Assembly: GCA_001600815.1 (NCBI GenBank)
Contig: BCKZ01000021.1
Location: 372,001 to 436,000 of the forward strand
DNA: 64,000 bases
DNA from: Alloascoidea hylecoeti
Lineage: Eukaryota
Reading direction: 5' to 3'
A model generated the notes under the pieces. It worked only from the letters and a program-made list of their open reading frames with translations. It made no database searches and was not told the DNA's origin. Made by a program: the position numbers and the translations under genes. Below are positions 23,792 to 35,288 of this stretch, in pieces. Position 1 is the stretch's first letter. Each line of letters starts with the position of its first letter.

Positions 23792-26700
23792 ATGACATTA
23801 CAAAAAGAATCTGGCTCAGACACAACGTTGTCGTTTCAAGAATTAATCACAACACTATTGCAACCGCTCACAACATCGATATCAGTTAGTCATGGTAGAA
23901 CTAAAAGTGAAATTAAATCGACCATTGTATTAAATTTTATCAAAGAATGGAAATCCAAAACCGAGATAAACATTTATCCGGCTTTTAGACTCTTGCTGCC
24001 CGATAAAGATACAAGACAATATAAAATAAAGGAAACAAACCTCGCTAAATTAATATTAAAAATTTGGGGTATACCACAAGACTCAATTGATGCTAAAAAA
24101 TTAATGGATAAGAAAAATGGTCATTTTATGGAGAGATGTGAACCGATAATTATGAAACGAAATTTCAATGAAAAATATAGTAATTTATCAATTAAGAATA
24201 TAAATGACGATTTAGATGAATTATCTTTATGCTTAGAACAATCTGATCAATTAACTATATTTAAAAATTGGTCAAAAAATTTAAACGGAAAAGAGTTATA
24301 TTGGTTATTTAAAATTATTTTAAAACAATTGAATTTAGGTATTAGTGAAAAAACAGTTCTTTCAATTTATCATCCTGATGCTTTACAATTATTTTCAATA
24401 TCACAAGATTTAAATCGTGTTTGCGATGAGCTTCAGGATGTAAATGTAAGGTTAAATGAAAAAGAACAAAAAATTCAAATAAATAGCTGTTTTCAACCAA
24501 TGACTGCATCAAGTTTTGGGAAATATGGGTCGTTTGATGCTGTTGTGGAACAGATGAAAAAAAATTGGGATCCGGTTGTAGCAGCTCAAAAGGAACAACA
24601 ATCTCAATCAACTTCAAACACTTCAACTAATGAATATGGTACTTTCTATATTGAAGAAAAAATGGATGGTGAACGAATTCAGCTTCACATGTTTAACTCT
24701 GGTAAATCATTTAAATTTTTTTCACGAAATAATCATGATTATACATCATCATATGGTTCAACAATTGATGCTCCATCACCTGCATTAACCCGACACTTGA
24801 AAAATGCTTTTCATCCGAAAGTTAATAATTGTATTCTTGATGGAGAAATGGTTGCTTATGATCCAAATACCAATAAGATTTTTCCATTTGGTACTTTAAA
24901 AACAATTGCTTCTGATCTAAATGAAAAAAATATATGGCCATTATTTTTAATATTTGATGTTGTGTTATTAAATGATCAATCTTTAATTAACTATCCTTTA
25001 AAAGAAAGAAAAAAAACTCTAGAGTTTATAATTAATCCTAATAAATCACATTTTGAAATATTACCATATGTTACCGCTTCATCTGCTTTAGAAATTGAAA
25101 AAAATTTAAGTACTGTCATTTTTGAACAAAGTGAAGGATTGGTGATAAAATATCCTAATTCGGATTATAAGATCAATACCAGAGGTGATTATTGGATTAA
25201 GGTAAAACCTGAATTTGTTGATGGATTAAGTGAAAATTTGGATTTAATCATTTTAGGCGGCTATTATGGTAAAGGACAACGAAATGGTAAACAATTGGTT
25301 AGTTTTTTATGTGGTATTCGAGATTATAAAGATAATAATAATAATAATAATAATAATAATCAAAACGCAAGTTCAGCTTCAGCTTCAGTTTCAGTTGGTG
25401 ATAAAAGAACCAGTAGTGGTGAAGTTAAGATTAAAAAAGAAAATTCAGATTTAATACCACCAAAAATTGAATGTGAAAGTGTTGATAATTCAAACTTAAT
25501 CCCTGATAATTTCATATTTAAAAGCTTTGCTAAAATAGGTGGTGGATTCACAAAATCTGATTATTTATTTATAAATGATAAACTTTCATCAAAATGGATA
25601 AATTTTAAATCAAAGAAAGATCCTGAACTTTTAAAATATATTGATGTTGGTGATAAATTATCAAAAGCTGATGAACCAGAAGTTTGGATAAAACCTGTTG
25701 ATTCGTTAGTTATTGAAGTTAAAGCAAGTCAAATTGTGCCCACAACATCATATTCAACAAAATGGACAATAAGATTTCCAAGATTTAAAGGTTTCAGAAA
25801 TGATAAGGATTGGAGTAATTGTTTAAATTCAAATGAACTTGATGATTTACAAAAAAACTTTTATAAAATGGAAGTGAAAAATGAAGAAGATAATAAATTT
25901 TTAAAAAATTCTATTGTTGATGAAGATGGATCCAAAATGAAGAAGAAAAGAAGAACAATTAGATCTAGACCAACATTAAAAGAAATGTTTGTATTAGAAA
26001 CCTCGAAAATAAATATTTATGATGTTGATAAATGGGGACCAAAAACAAATATTCTTCAAAGGAATTATTTTCATGTTATGACTGGAATGAAAACAGAAAA
26101 CAGCGACCATCTTAAGCTTTCAAAAGTTGATTTAGAAAGTATAATTAAACACCACGGTGGGAATATTCGTCAATCGTTACAACTAACAGAAGAAGAGAAA
26201 CATTCGAAATCGTTTATATTTATAAAGATTGCAGATAAGGAAACAATTCGAACACAAGCATTAATTAAATCATATAATATATGTGATGATAATGATAATA
26301 ATTTTTTTATTATAAGACCTCAGTGGTTATTAGACTCAATTAGTCTACTTCGAATGGTGCCATTTGAACCAAAGCACTTATTTTTTGCAGATAAATTAAC
26401 AACAGAGTCTGTGAAACTTAATGTTGATAGATACAATGACAGCTGGTGTGTTAAAATTAATATGACTGAATTAGAATCATTGATCGAAAATATTGATTTA
26501 GATATTGAAAGAAAAGAAGGAAGAGGGGAATCAGAACTTGATTTGACAAAATATTTATCAGATGCTGAGATTTATGGTGAATTAGGTGGTACTTTTGTTT
26601 ATTTCTTCACATCGTCAGTAAATAAATTATCACTAGCAAATAAATTTCGAATTCAAAAGGCAAAGAACTATATAAAATTCTTCAATGGTAATGTCAGTTC

Positions 26701-26890
26701 TGATNTTAATGAATCTGTTGGCATTGTCATAATTGTTGATGATGAAATTGAAGAATTTGAAGAGATTTGGAGCCTAAATTCAAAAAGAGAAAAAAAAGCA
26801 TACTTTTTAAAAATCGAATGGATTGAGGAATGTTGGAAGGAAAATACAAGAGTTCCTGAAGAAAACTTTCAAATCCAAATTTCTAAATAA
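23792..26890 (+). CDS. DNL4: DNA ligase IV (NHEJ)
   Basis: Adenylation motif EEKMDGERIQLH, ILDGEMV, EGLVIK, WIKVKPE, TIRFPRF and C-terminal tandem BRCT-like repeats (EWIEECW). First ATG is at 23792; the track start at 23774 is TTG. Contains (AAT)x9 at 25334-25360. Confidence 0.95.
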   Translation: MTLQKESGSDTTLSFQELITTLLQPLTTSISVSHGRTKSEIKSTIVLNFIKEWKSKTEINIYPAFRLLLPDKDTRQYKIKETNLAKLILKIWGIPQDSIDAKKLMDKKNGHFMERCEPIIMKRNFNEKYSNLSIKNINDDLDELSLCLEQSDQLTIFKNWSKNLNGKELYWLFKIILKQLNLGISEKTVLSIYHPDALQLFSISQDLNRVCDELQDVNVRLNEKEQKIQINSCFQPMTASSFGKYGSFDAVVEQMKKNWDPVVAAQKEQQSQSTSNTSTNEYGTFYIEEKMDGERIQLHMFNSGKSFKFFSRNNHDYTSSYGSTIDAPSPALTRHLKNAFHPKVNNCILDGEMVAYDPNTNKIFPFGTLKTIASDLNEKNIWPLFLIFDVVLLNDQSLINYPLKERKKTLEFIINPNKSHFEILPYVTASSALEIEKNLSTVIFEQSEGLVIKYPNSDYKINTRGDYWIKVKPEFVDGLSENLDLIILGGYYGKGQRNGKQLVSFLCGIRDYKDNNNNNNNNNQNASSASASVSVGDKRTSSGEVKIKKENSDLIPPKIECESVDNSNLIPDNFIFKSFAKIGGGFTKSDYLFINDKLSSKWINFKSKKDPELLKYIDVGDKLSKADEPEVWIKPVDSLVIEVKASQIVPTTSYSTKWTIRFPRFKGFRNDKDWSNCLNSNELDDLQKNFYKMEVKNEEDNKFLKNSIVDEDGSKMKKKRRTIRSRPTLKEMFVLETSKINIYDVDKWGPKTNILQRNYFHVMTGMKTENSDHLKLSKVDLESIIKHHGGNIRQSLQLTEEEKHSKSFIFIKIADKETIRTQALIKSYNICDDNDNNFFIIRPQWLLDSISLLRMVPFEPKHLFFADKLTTESVKLNVDRYNDSWCVKINMTELESLIENIDLDIERKEGRGESELDLTKYLSDAEIYGELGGTFVYFFTSSVNKLSLANKFRIQKAKNYIKFFNGNVSSDXNESVGIVIIVDDEIEEFEEIWSLNSKREKKAYFLKIEWIEECWKENTRVPEENFQIQISK

Positions 26891-27599
26891 TTTGTTTATG
26901 TCTATGGTTGATTATAAGATTAAATTTATAGAAGTCAGTAGTATATTCTGTTGATCGTCTGCGTTCTGTTTTTCTTTAAGTGTTAGCTGGTGATTAAGTT
27001 GTTTGGTTTTCAACCTTAAATCTTCGATCTTGGTGTCTGATAATGCAACCATATCTAGCATTATACCATATCAATTGAAGTTGGTTTGAACCTCTATAGT
27101 CAGTCATTTTGTGATATATATGATAATAGATTTGTTCAGTTTGTGGTTCTAAGATATCATCTAATCTTAATAACCGACTCCACTCTGTAATAATACAATA
27201 ATTGGTTGTAAATAAATACTAAACTAATCAACAAACAGAAAAGACACAATCCGGGTAATGTGACCAAGACACAAACACCATGCCAAAAAGAACCCATTCA
27301 AAGCAAGAAAAGGGCAACATATAGGTAAGATCGACTATAAAGGTTTCCTACTACGTGGTAACGAAATAAGATCTTATAAGGCTTACAACGATCACCGTTT
27401 TTTAGATTTGACATGAATCATAATAAGATCAACCTATAACATTAATATTAATGTGACAAGGAAAACTGAATAGAATTGTATGCTATAACAATGGTTTTGT
27501 ATTTATATTTGTTTTGCTCGTATATTGAACATAAGATAAGATAAAAAAAAGTATATCAAATTAAATATATAACATTATTTTTAGGCAATAATAACAATT

Positions 27600-28583
27600 T
27601 TATTTATTACCTTTGAAGAAACTAGTGGCCAAATTTTGAACCATTGGATTATTAACTAAATCAGATAGTCCATCTCCACCAGAAGATTGATGTTGTTGTT
27701 GCTGTTGCTGATGAGATTGAGAACTACTTGAGTTCTCAGTGAAACTTGAAATAATTGATCCTATGCCTGAGTCTTGAGATTTTATATTTGAGGTTTTTTG
27801 GGATGATCCAGTTAATCCTGATATAATCCCTCCAAATCCAGAAGATGAGTTTGTAGTAGTTGAAGTTTGTTGAGATGAGCCAGTTAGTCCAGATATAATT
27901 CCTCCAAATCCAGAGGAAGATGATTCTTGTTTTTTAGCACCACCACCAGAAAGCATTCCAACTAAACTACCAAGACCACTTTGTTCCTGTTTTCCCCCTC
28001 CAATTAACGAGACTAACCCTTTTGCACCGAAATTTTTTAATACGTATTCTAATACTTTTGGATTTGAAAGTAATTTTTGTGCCATTGATGACGTTGCGGG
28101 ATTCGATAACAAAGTAGCGAAACTAAGCCCCCTTTCTTGATCACCAGAAGCTAGGTCTCTGGAACCAGTACCTTCACCAGCTTTGTTAGAAGTGCTAAAA
28201 GAATTAATAGCAGAGCTCAATGCAGATAAATCAAACGAATCATTTTCATTTTGTTGTTGAGAAATACCTCTTGTTGTTTTTGATTGACTATAGGCATCTC
28301 CACTTTTAGGATTATAACCTCTAATTTCTTCTTTTCTCTCATAAGTATTATACTGTTGATTTTGATTTTGATTATTTAAAGTAGATAGTAAAGACTCTCC
28401 ATTAAGCAATTCATTTGATTTTCTTTCTGAATTTCTGCTATTTACATTAAATAATGATTCTAATCCATTAATGACATTTTCAAAATCTCTTGAATTTGAA
28501 TTAATGTTACCTTTCTCTACTTCTGAGTTTAAGAAGGAAATGAATAATAATGAAAGATCTTGGGAGGTAACTGTGCTTGGCAT
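27600..28583 (-). CDS. Sgt2-like co-chaperone derivative: N-terminal dimerisation domain plus STI1-like helices and Gly/Ser repeats, no TPR
   Basis: N-terminus SQDLSLLFISFLNSEVEKGNI..FENVINGLESLF resembles the Sgt2/SGTA dimerisation domain. LLSNPATSSMAQKLLSNP and LSDLVNNPMVQNLATSFF resemble the Sgt2 C-terminal NP motifs. Lies next to DNL4/TSR3. Confidence 0.7.
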   Translation of the reverse strand: MPSTVTSQDLSLLFISFLNSEVEKGNINSNSRDFENVINGLESLFNVNSRNSERKSNELLNGESLLSTLNNQNQNQQYNTYERKEEIRGYNPKSGDAYSQSKTTRGISQQQNENDSFDLSALSSAINSFSTSNKAGEGTGSRDLASGDQERGLSFATLLSNPATSSMAQKLLSNPKVLEYVLKNFGAKGLVSLIGGGKQEQSGLGSLVGMLSGGGAKKQESSSSGFGGIISGLTGSSQQTSTTTNSSSGFGGIISGLTGSSQKTSNIKSQDSGIGSIISSFTENSSSSQSHQQQQQQHQSSGGDGLSDLVNNPMVQNLATSFFKGNK

Positions 28584-30373
28584 TTTAAGATGTAAATTCC
28601 AGAGAAGTTTATAAATATAATTGATGTTAAGATTGTCGTCGAAGAAGTTCAGGAAGTTTTTTAATCTCCGTTTTATAAATTACAAACCCAACGAAGATCC
28701 CAGTCGATTGTTATGATAAACTGTAGGGTAACACAAATGGACTAGATAAAACAATAATGCACAGCACGAAGACAAGCCAATTGGATACAAACAAATGAGA
28801 TTTACAAGATGGGAATAGTCCCATATCAGTTCAGTTATTTTGTTCAGATCATACCATTTATCCTTTAATGTTCATGGCAGAAAATAATTAACTATAGTGG
28901 CCATGCCCCGACTGCATGACTTTGGTAGATCCGGATCCACCATATTTAAGAATGACGGTAAACAGTGGACAAAGAGCATACAATGGAGTGGACAGTAAAT
29001 AGAGGTGCGATAATCAGTCTGTTTTAGTTTAATGTTATAATATTAATATTTATATGTAGCTGTTTAAATGCTTTTCTTTAAAGTGCAGACTTCACTTAAA
29101 TTTAAGCTTCTTCTCAGACGTCAAAATACATGTCCAGCACCGTATAAATCTATTGTCATCTAGCTAGATTAGCCATGAATTAATTTTGAAATATTCCAAA
29201 GGATTTATAAATCACAGGATCAGTTCATATCACACACATACATGCCTATATTTTGAGGGTCTGCAAAATATATCGAACATTCATATGCAGGGACCAAACA
29301 CTGATGCTTCGGGCATCTACGTATATCTTGGTCTGTGCTATATATTACACACACGATTAAAATTGAAGATCATTGATTAATTAGATATACGTTTGACAAC
29401 ACAATGTAAACTCTGGATAATCCTCAATAAATCTTTATAAGATCTTATATGTACCGTACAATATTTTCTATATCCATAGCTATACAGTATGTATAGATCT
29501 TGTAGATGGCCGCCTAAATTTAAACAAGACAGTACCCATTTTAATATATATGAGAACAATGTTAACTTGACATCTCAAACCTGTTAGATATTTTAACTTT
29601 CCTACTGACTATAATTACCTATAATATAGCTATGCAAGGATATGACAGTTTTATGATCATTTGGAATAAACTGTGCCAGTCATGAATATTGTGCAATTGT
29701 AGGGGAGTTTATCTTCGACCTTCTTGTTTAAATTTCTCAAAGAGATAACAGTGAACCAGCTTAGCGATTTCATCTTTTCAAGAACGTGGGAACTCCAAAG
29801 CACCAATAAGATGAAATTCATCATAATGAAACACTATACGGTTCTCAACTTCTCACTAAAGAATTGCTGGCGGAATTTGATGACAGGGCCATACGTGTGA
29901 GAAATAACCTCTACAAACTTGGACATGGGATATTTAAGCCCTCTAATAAATTTATAGCCTATATACGCGTATACCTTTTGGGACATTTGTTTTTGGGCGA
30001 GTCATTGTTTCTTTTTCGGTGGCGTTACGCAATGGGACAAAAAGGGTGATAGTCTAGCAATTAAAACAGCAATTAAAACTTATAAAACTTTATATGGTAG
30101 CTATAGGTAATAGGTATAAATTGATCATGAGTTGGAGATGGAAATATGATCAAAATAGATACTAATATTATAGGCACCGGCCTGAGGTGCGCATAATGGT
30201 ATAAGATGAGATTTGGCCTTCGGAAATAAAACTACTACTAATCTACATGGCAATTCCGATTTTCGTAGTTTGTGACGAAAGAAGAGATTTGCTGCAGACC
30301 TAGCTTGCATTTCCCAATGATATCTCCCAATGGTATTCTTCATGTTTTACTTATATGGCAGGCGAAAAATAGA

Positions 30374-30417
30374 GGTGTATGGGTGTCCTCTTCGGGAAAT
30401 CAAAGTCACACCGTGAC
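30374..30417. promoter_or_regulatory. RPL27 upstream elements: Rap1-type RPG box and Homol-D-like GTCAC palindrome
   Basis: ACACCCATACACC on - at 30374-30386. AGTCACA / GTCAC-ACC-GTGAC at 30404-30417. Confidence 0.5.
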
Positions 30418-30548
30418 CATGTATACCCGTATTTTCCCCCATCTCCAACATTCCTGGCGTACATTAAGTCACGTCTAAAAGAACACTTTGCATAGTAACA
30501 AAAGCTATCACGAATTCCTTGATTCTCAAATAAATTAAAAACGTAGAA

Positions 30549-31313
30549 ATGGGTTCAAAGTTCATCAAATCAGGAAAAGTCGGTATGTAGATATGTTGAG
30601 TCAACTTCAATTCAATCGGATTTTTTTGGCATCTTGAAGAACTGGATTCATGTCGTGCGACTTTTCAGAATGTATTTATTTAATCTCATTCAGAATTTTA
30701 TAACAACAATCAAGAGAAATTCATGAACTATTTGCTATGTGGATACAAATTTATTAACTGATGTCACAAAATCAACAATCCTCAAAGTTTGGATCCCACA
30801 AAAATTATAAAAGAATTGAAATTAGATGTTATTGTGACAGACTTTTCTTCAGATATGCCAAAAACATCTCCTTTGATTTACAAATTATTATTATAGTGTA
30901 TATATTCTAACCGTTTTCTTTTTATGAATCTAGCCATTATTGTTCGTGGTAGATATGCCGGTAAAAAGGTTGTCATTGTCAAACCACATGATGAAGGTAC
31001 CAAATCTCACCCATTCCCACATGCCCTAGTTGCTGGTATTGAACGTTACCCATCGAAGGTCACAAAGAATCTTGGCCCAAAGAAGATTGCCAAAAGAACC
31101 AAGATTAAGCCATTTGTGAAATTGGTTAACTACAATCATATTCTGCCAACACGTTACACTTTTGATATTGAATCTTTGAAATCCACTGTTACAACTGAAA
31201 CATTCAAAGAGCCATCACAGAGGGAAGATGCTAAGAAGGAAATCAAGAAAGTATTTGAAGAAAGACATCAAGCTGGTAAGAACAAGTGGTTTTTCACCAA
31301 ACTTAACTTTTAA
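30549..31313 (+). CDS. RPL27: 60S ribosomal protein L27 (eL27), 137 aa; exons 30549-30582 and 30934-31313
   Basis: [26 protein letters not shown]...[12 protein letters not shown]. 351-nt intron GTATGT..TTCTAAC..TAG. Confidence 0.97.
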
Positions 31314-32223
31314 ATATCCTTTTCTCTCCAAAAAAAAAACATGCTCCTTCTCTTCCTTCAAAAGTCCTTTATATATGGTTATGAATGATGTTATTTAGAC
31401 TTGATGAAGCAATGTCCATACTTTTTTAAAAAATAGTGGGGGTGTAAAATATGATGTTCTTACAAAACTTACAATATACTCAAATTCTGTCAAAATGAAT
31501 ATTGTTCATATATATCATGCCTACATTTTTTGGTTTTGTGTGTATATGCTTATTTGCATTATTATTTTAACTTGTTTAATAGTCCGGTGTCTCCTAATTT
31601 ATACCTCATTCCTGTCATCAATTACAATCTTGTGTACAAATTTAAACCAATCCATCAGTAAGCTTAAGTACTATCACCCTGTCCACACAAGTATGTTCTT
31701 CAAATGTATATCCATATTATATCATTATTAAATGTTTTATTTGTAGATACATTACAAAATTACCATTTTTAACCTCTCTCTTAAATTTAAAATTGCATCC
31801 CTAGTATCGGATTTTAATGAGGTAGAAGATGCAGATCTAAGTATGCTCTTGCAATTGTGACTCCTACATAAGTCAAGAAACGGCTATAAATTATAATTAC
31901 ATGTAAATAAACTCTTCGGACTGAGCATTCCCTAAATGGATTTTATAAGATAAGCTGTACAAAAAGCAATGATAATCATGAATTATTTATTTTTTATTAG
32001 AAGCACCTATTTGTTGAATAAAAGGGCAATGATTTATCAGACATAAATGATAAATAAATGTCATTAATATTAATAATACCATAGATGATGATGATGATGA
32101 TAATGCCAATGATCAATATATATGATACACGGAGAAAGTTATTTATGAATATTTGTAATTAACAAATTGCAATGGTTTGTGTATGCTACGAAGCAGATAA
32201 AAAAAGAAGTTATCTAGTGCAGT

Positions 32224-34131
32224 TTAATCAACTAGACCACCAAGAGATTGACCAACTTTTACTTTTTGACCAGCAGTAAGATTAAACCTGAAGTTCTTTG
32301 GAGCTTCAAATACTAAAACAACTGTACTGCCTAATTCAAACCCACCCATTTCATTTCCCTTTATCAATGGAACTCCACCTAATAATCTACTAGCTTTAGC
32401 ATAAGTTGCTTCATAACAAGTGTTTTTGACTTGCTTCTTTTTAGAAAGAGAGGTAGTAGATGCTGTGGAATTAGATGTTGAAATTGAGGAATTCGAAAAA
32501 ATGGAATCTGAATCAGTCAAGCTATTAGATCTTGAATAAATGGGATGTTCATATTTAGTGTTAGTAGTTAGATCTTTATCGAAATTAATCTTAATACTCC
32601 CCACATTTGTTGCACCTACTGGAGTCATACTGAAAAAGCCGTGCTTCCATCTGCCTAATAAAGCAACACGTTCATTTAAAACAAACAAATCCTTAAAATG
32701 TCCTTGAAAATATGGTGCAACGCTATATAATTCCCCGACAAAGTGACGTCGAAGTTTGGCAACCCAATTAGTGGGAGAATGGAATCGATGATAATCACCA
32801 GGTGCAAGATAAATAACTGCAAAAAATAACGCTTTATCGCTCGTCTTTGTAAATTCAGAAGTAATCAGTTCGTTAGAGACAGTGTTAACAGAGGATGATG
32901 ATCCAGATTCAATTGTTGCATCCCCTTCTTGCTTATATGATATATCATTTGCTTTATGATGTAAACTTTGATCGCCGATTAAATCGTCAACTGTATAGCC
33001 GATGCCATTGAGTTGCGCGAATTCTTTGTGTCTTTGATGATATTCAGAATCCCCCTGTTTAACTTCATCAAATTCAACATCACAGGAAGGTGCGGCAAGT
33101 TTTGCAATACTCGACTGTGTTGGAGCTGTATCAAGGGATCCCAAAAGAGCTTCTAAAGAATATGTCATCCCTTTAACTTGCTCAATTTCTTTACCCGAAA
33201 TGACACCAAAATGAAATACCTTTCCGTCAGCTGGAGAGACCAATATTGAATTTTCATCTATTGGCCTAGCACCTGGCTTCAGTTTGCGATAGAAGAATTC
33301 ACCAAGGTTTTTATAGGTTTTCAAGTCTTCCTCCTCAATTTCATCAATATTTACTCCAAAAATATAAGAATACAATCTATATCCAGGATCTCTCAACCAA
33401 AGGGGTAGAGTAACGTTGTTGAATTTTCCCCATAAACGTGACATTGATTTTAAAGGAATAACACTATAAACATAGACCTTCCAGGGACCAACTGGTCTAA
33501 CAGCCGCTGGCTTCTCATCCCCATTTTCATCCTTGGAAACACGATGTCTGTAAAAAAGACCTGATAGTATAATACTAAAAGCAGTGAAAGTCCACAATTT
33601 TAATAAACGTCTCTTACGTTTTTGACGGATTTCTTGGTTGGTTCCAGTGTGTCTCCAACGACGAAAACGGAAACGGTTCCCAACTATTATTGGTTTATAT
33701 CTCCATCTTCTAGCTTTTAAAAACAGATTTTTTCCATTAACGGTTCCCAAATGTAATCTTCTAACCTTTTGAGTAAAACTTGGAATTTTTGAAGATGCTG
33801 TCCTAACGATTGGTGGAACAGCTGATTTGATACCATTAAGTTTAAATCCCGATGGACGCAGTTGACTAAAATTTCTGGCAAATTGATTAACTGGAATATA
33901 ATGAGATATGTTTCTTTTAGGTCGAGGGATTTTAGAAAAAGGATAATAATACTGTTGTAAGTTACTTTTCAATGCTTGAGGTCGAGATCTAGTAGGGCCA
34001 TATACAGGCAAATTGTTACTATCGATATCGCATCCTGTAGCAGATGTCAAACGAGTAGACGTGGTTGTGTTTCTTCTCAGACGGGAGGAAGCACTTCCAG
34101 CTTCTTTTAACCAATATCGGGCACTTTTCAT
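32224..34131 (-). CDS. PSD1: Mitochondrial phosphatidylserine decarboxylase proenzyme
   Basis: Basic presequence, TM segment, FFYRKLKPGARP, SPADG, YLAPGDYHRFHSP, NERV, VGATNVGSI and autocleavage motif LGST. Confidence 0.96.
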   Translation of the reverse strand: MKSARYWLKEAGSASSRLRRNTTTSTRLTSATGCDIDSNNLPVYGPTRSRPQALKSNLQQYYYPFSKIPRPKRNISHYIPVNQFARNFSQLRPSGFKLNGIKSAVPPIVRTASSKIPSFTQKVRRLHLGTVNGKNLFLKARRWRYKPIIVGNRFRFRRWRHTGTNQEIRQKRKRRLLKLWTFTAFSIILSGLFYRHRVSKDENGDEKPAAVRPVGPWKVYVYSVIPLKSMSRLWGKFNNVTLPLWLRDPGYRLYSYIFGVNIDEIEEEDLKTYKNLGEFFYRKLKPGARPIDENSILVSPADGKVFHFGVISGKEIEQVKGMTYSLEALLGSLDTAPTQSSIAKLAAPSCDVEFDEVKQGDSEYHQRHKEFAQLNGIGYTVDDLIGDQSLHHKANDISYKQEGDATIESGSSSSVNTVSNELITSEFTKTSDKALFFAVIYLAPGDYHRFHSPTNWVAKLRRHFVGELYSVAPYFQGHFKDLFVLNERVALLGRWKHGFFSMTPVGATNVGSIKINFDKDLTTNTKYEHPIYSRSNSLTDSDSIFSNSSISTSNSTASTTSLSKKKQVKNTCYEATYAKASRLLGGVPLIKGNEMGGFELGSTVVLVFEAPKNFRFNLTAGQKVKVGQSLGGLVD

Positions 34132-35288
34132 TGATCAGAAAAAAGATACTACATTTCTTGAGAAATTCATTCGGTACAGTTGTATGGATGTTTTGAAATC
34201 CATGATTTTCCACTAAATACAGAAGTTTTGTGTTTCACTCTGAAAAATCATATAAACATAAAATCTTGATTGAAGGAGTAATTCTCATCGAAATATTACT
34301 AGTTAAAATATACATAACGTTCTCTAAACTGTCTGAATATCATTGGAGACAATTCCAGTAGAGTAGACCTTTTGCTTGTACTTTGGCATGGCTCGCGATT
34401 AGCATGTGTGATGAGTGATCAAGAAGGGATTGTTCTAGCTGACCCCATATCTCTGGGAATCCTTCTAACAGGTGATTCTTGGCCTTCTTAACACCACCTT
34501 TCATTATAGCTACGTACCTTAGGCAACTTTTAGTGGCTGTTTCCTGGATCAATTTTGAGGTTGTGCCACACGGTTTTCAAAGGGTTTGGGTCTGCAGCCC
34601 AATTTGATTTTTTAGAAATTGGAGAGTTGTCCTATTGAAAAATACCACGTTCAAAAGCTTGAATAAAGTGCATTGCTGCCCGTTATGATACTTTTTTGGT
34701 AGGAGTGTAAATTATTTAGTATTTCTTTATTGGGTTAATGACTGCTACCAGAATCGATATAGAAGGTTTGATTCATTGTAGAGTTCCCAGGAAGATTTTC
34801 CCACATTACCAAAAAAAAAAAAAAAAAAACTAAGTAAAGTATAATAATGCCGCATGTGAATTAAGATTGAAATAAAAATATCAGCTGCAGAGGTAAATTC
34901 CAGCCATATAATTAGTGATACACATAAAGAAAAATATTTATAATAATTAGTACTAGTGTTATACCAAATTTTTGTTCTTGGTAAGAATTATCTTCGACCT
35001 CCATCGAATTGGGAACACCGTAGTGTTGTCGCTAAATAATTCCATATTGATTTGCTAATTAATTTTAGACGTTGGCTAAATAATATTCATCCCAAGTATC
35101 AGTTAACAATTAGCCAATATATCAGCTTTTAAAGATGTTGTTCCGGTTCCCAAAGTTTTGAACTTTTGGTCAATAAGATAGTGCTTGTATTGTAATGAAT
35201 CCCCATACGCTAATATTCTTCTAAAAACAATGCAATCATAGCAAATAGGTGGAAAACTGTACTATAGATAACTAATTAAATTAGTTAA

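Noticed and set aside
30583..30933. Intronic snoRNA in the RPL27 intron
   Set aside because: No RTGATGA box C with a terminal stem; long introns are normal for yeast ribosomal protein genes.
34408..34442. GTGATGA...CTGA pair upstream of PSD1
   Set aside because: The boxes span only about 35 nt, too short for a C/D snoRNA, and there is no terminal stem.
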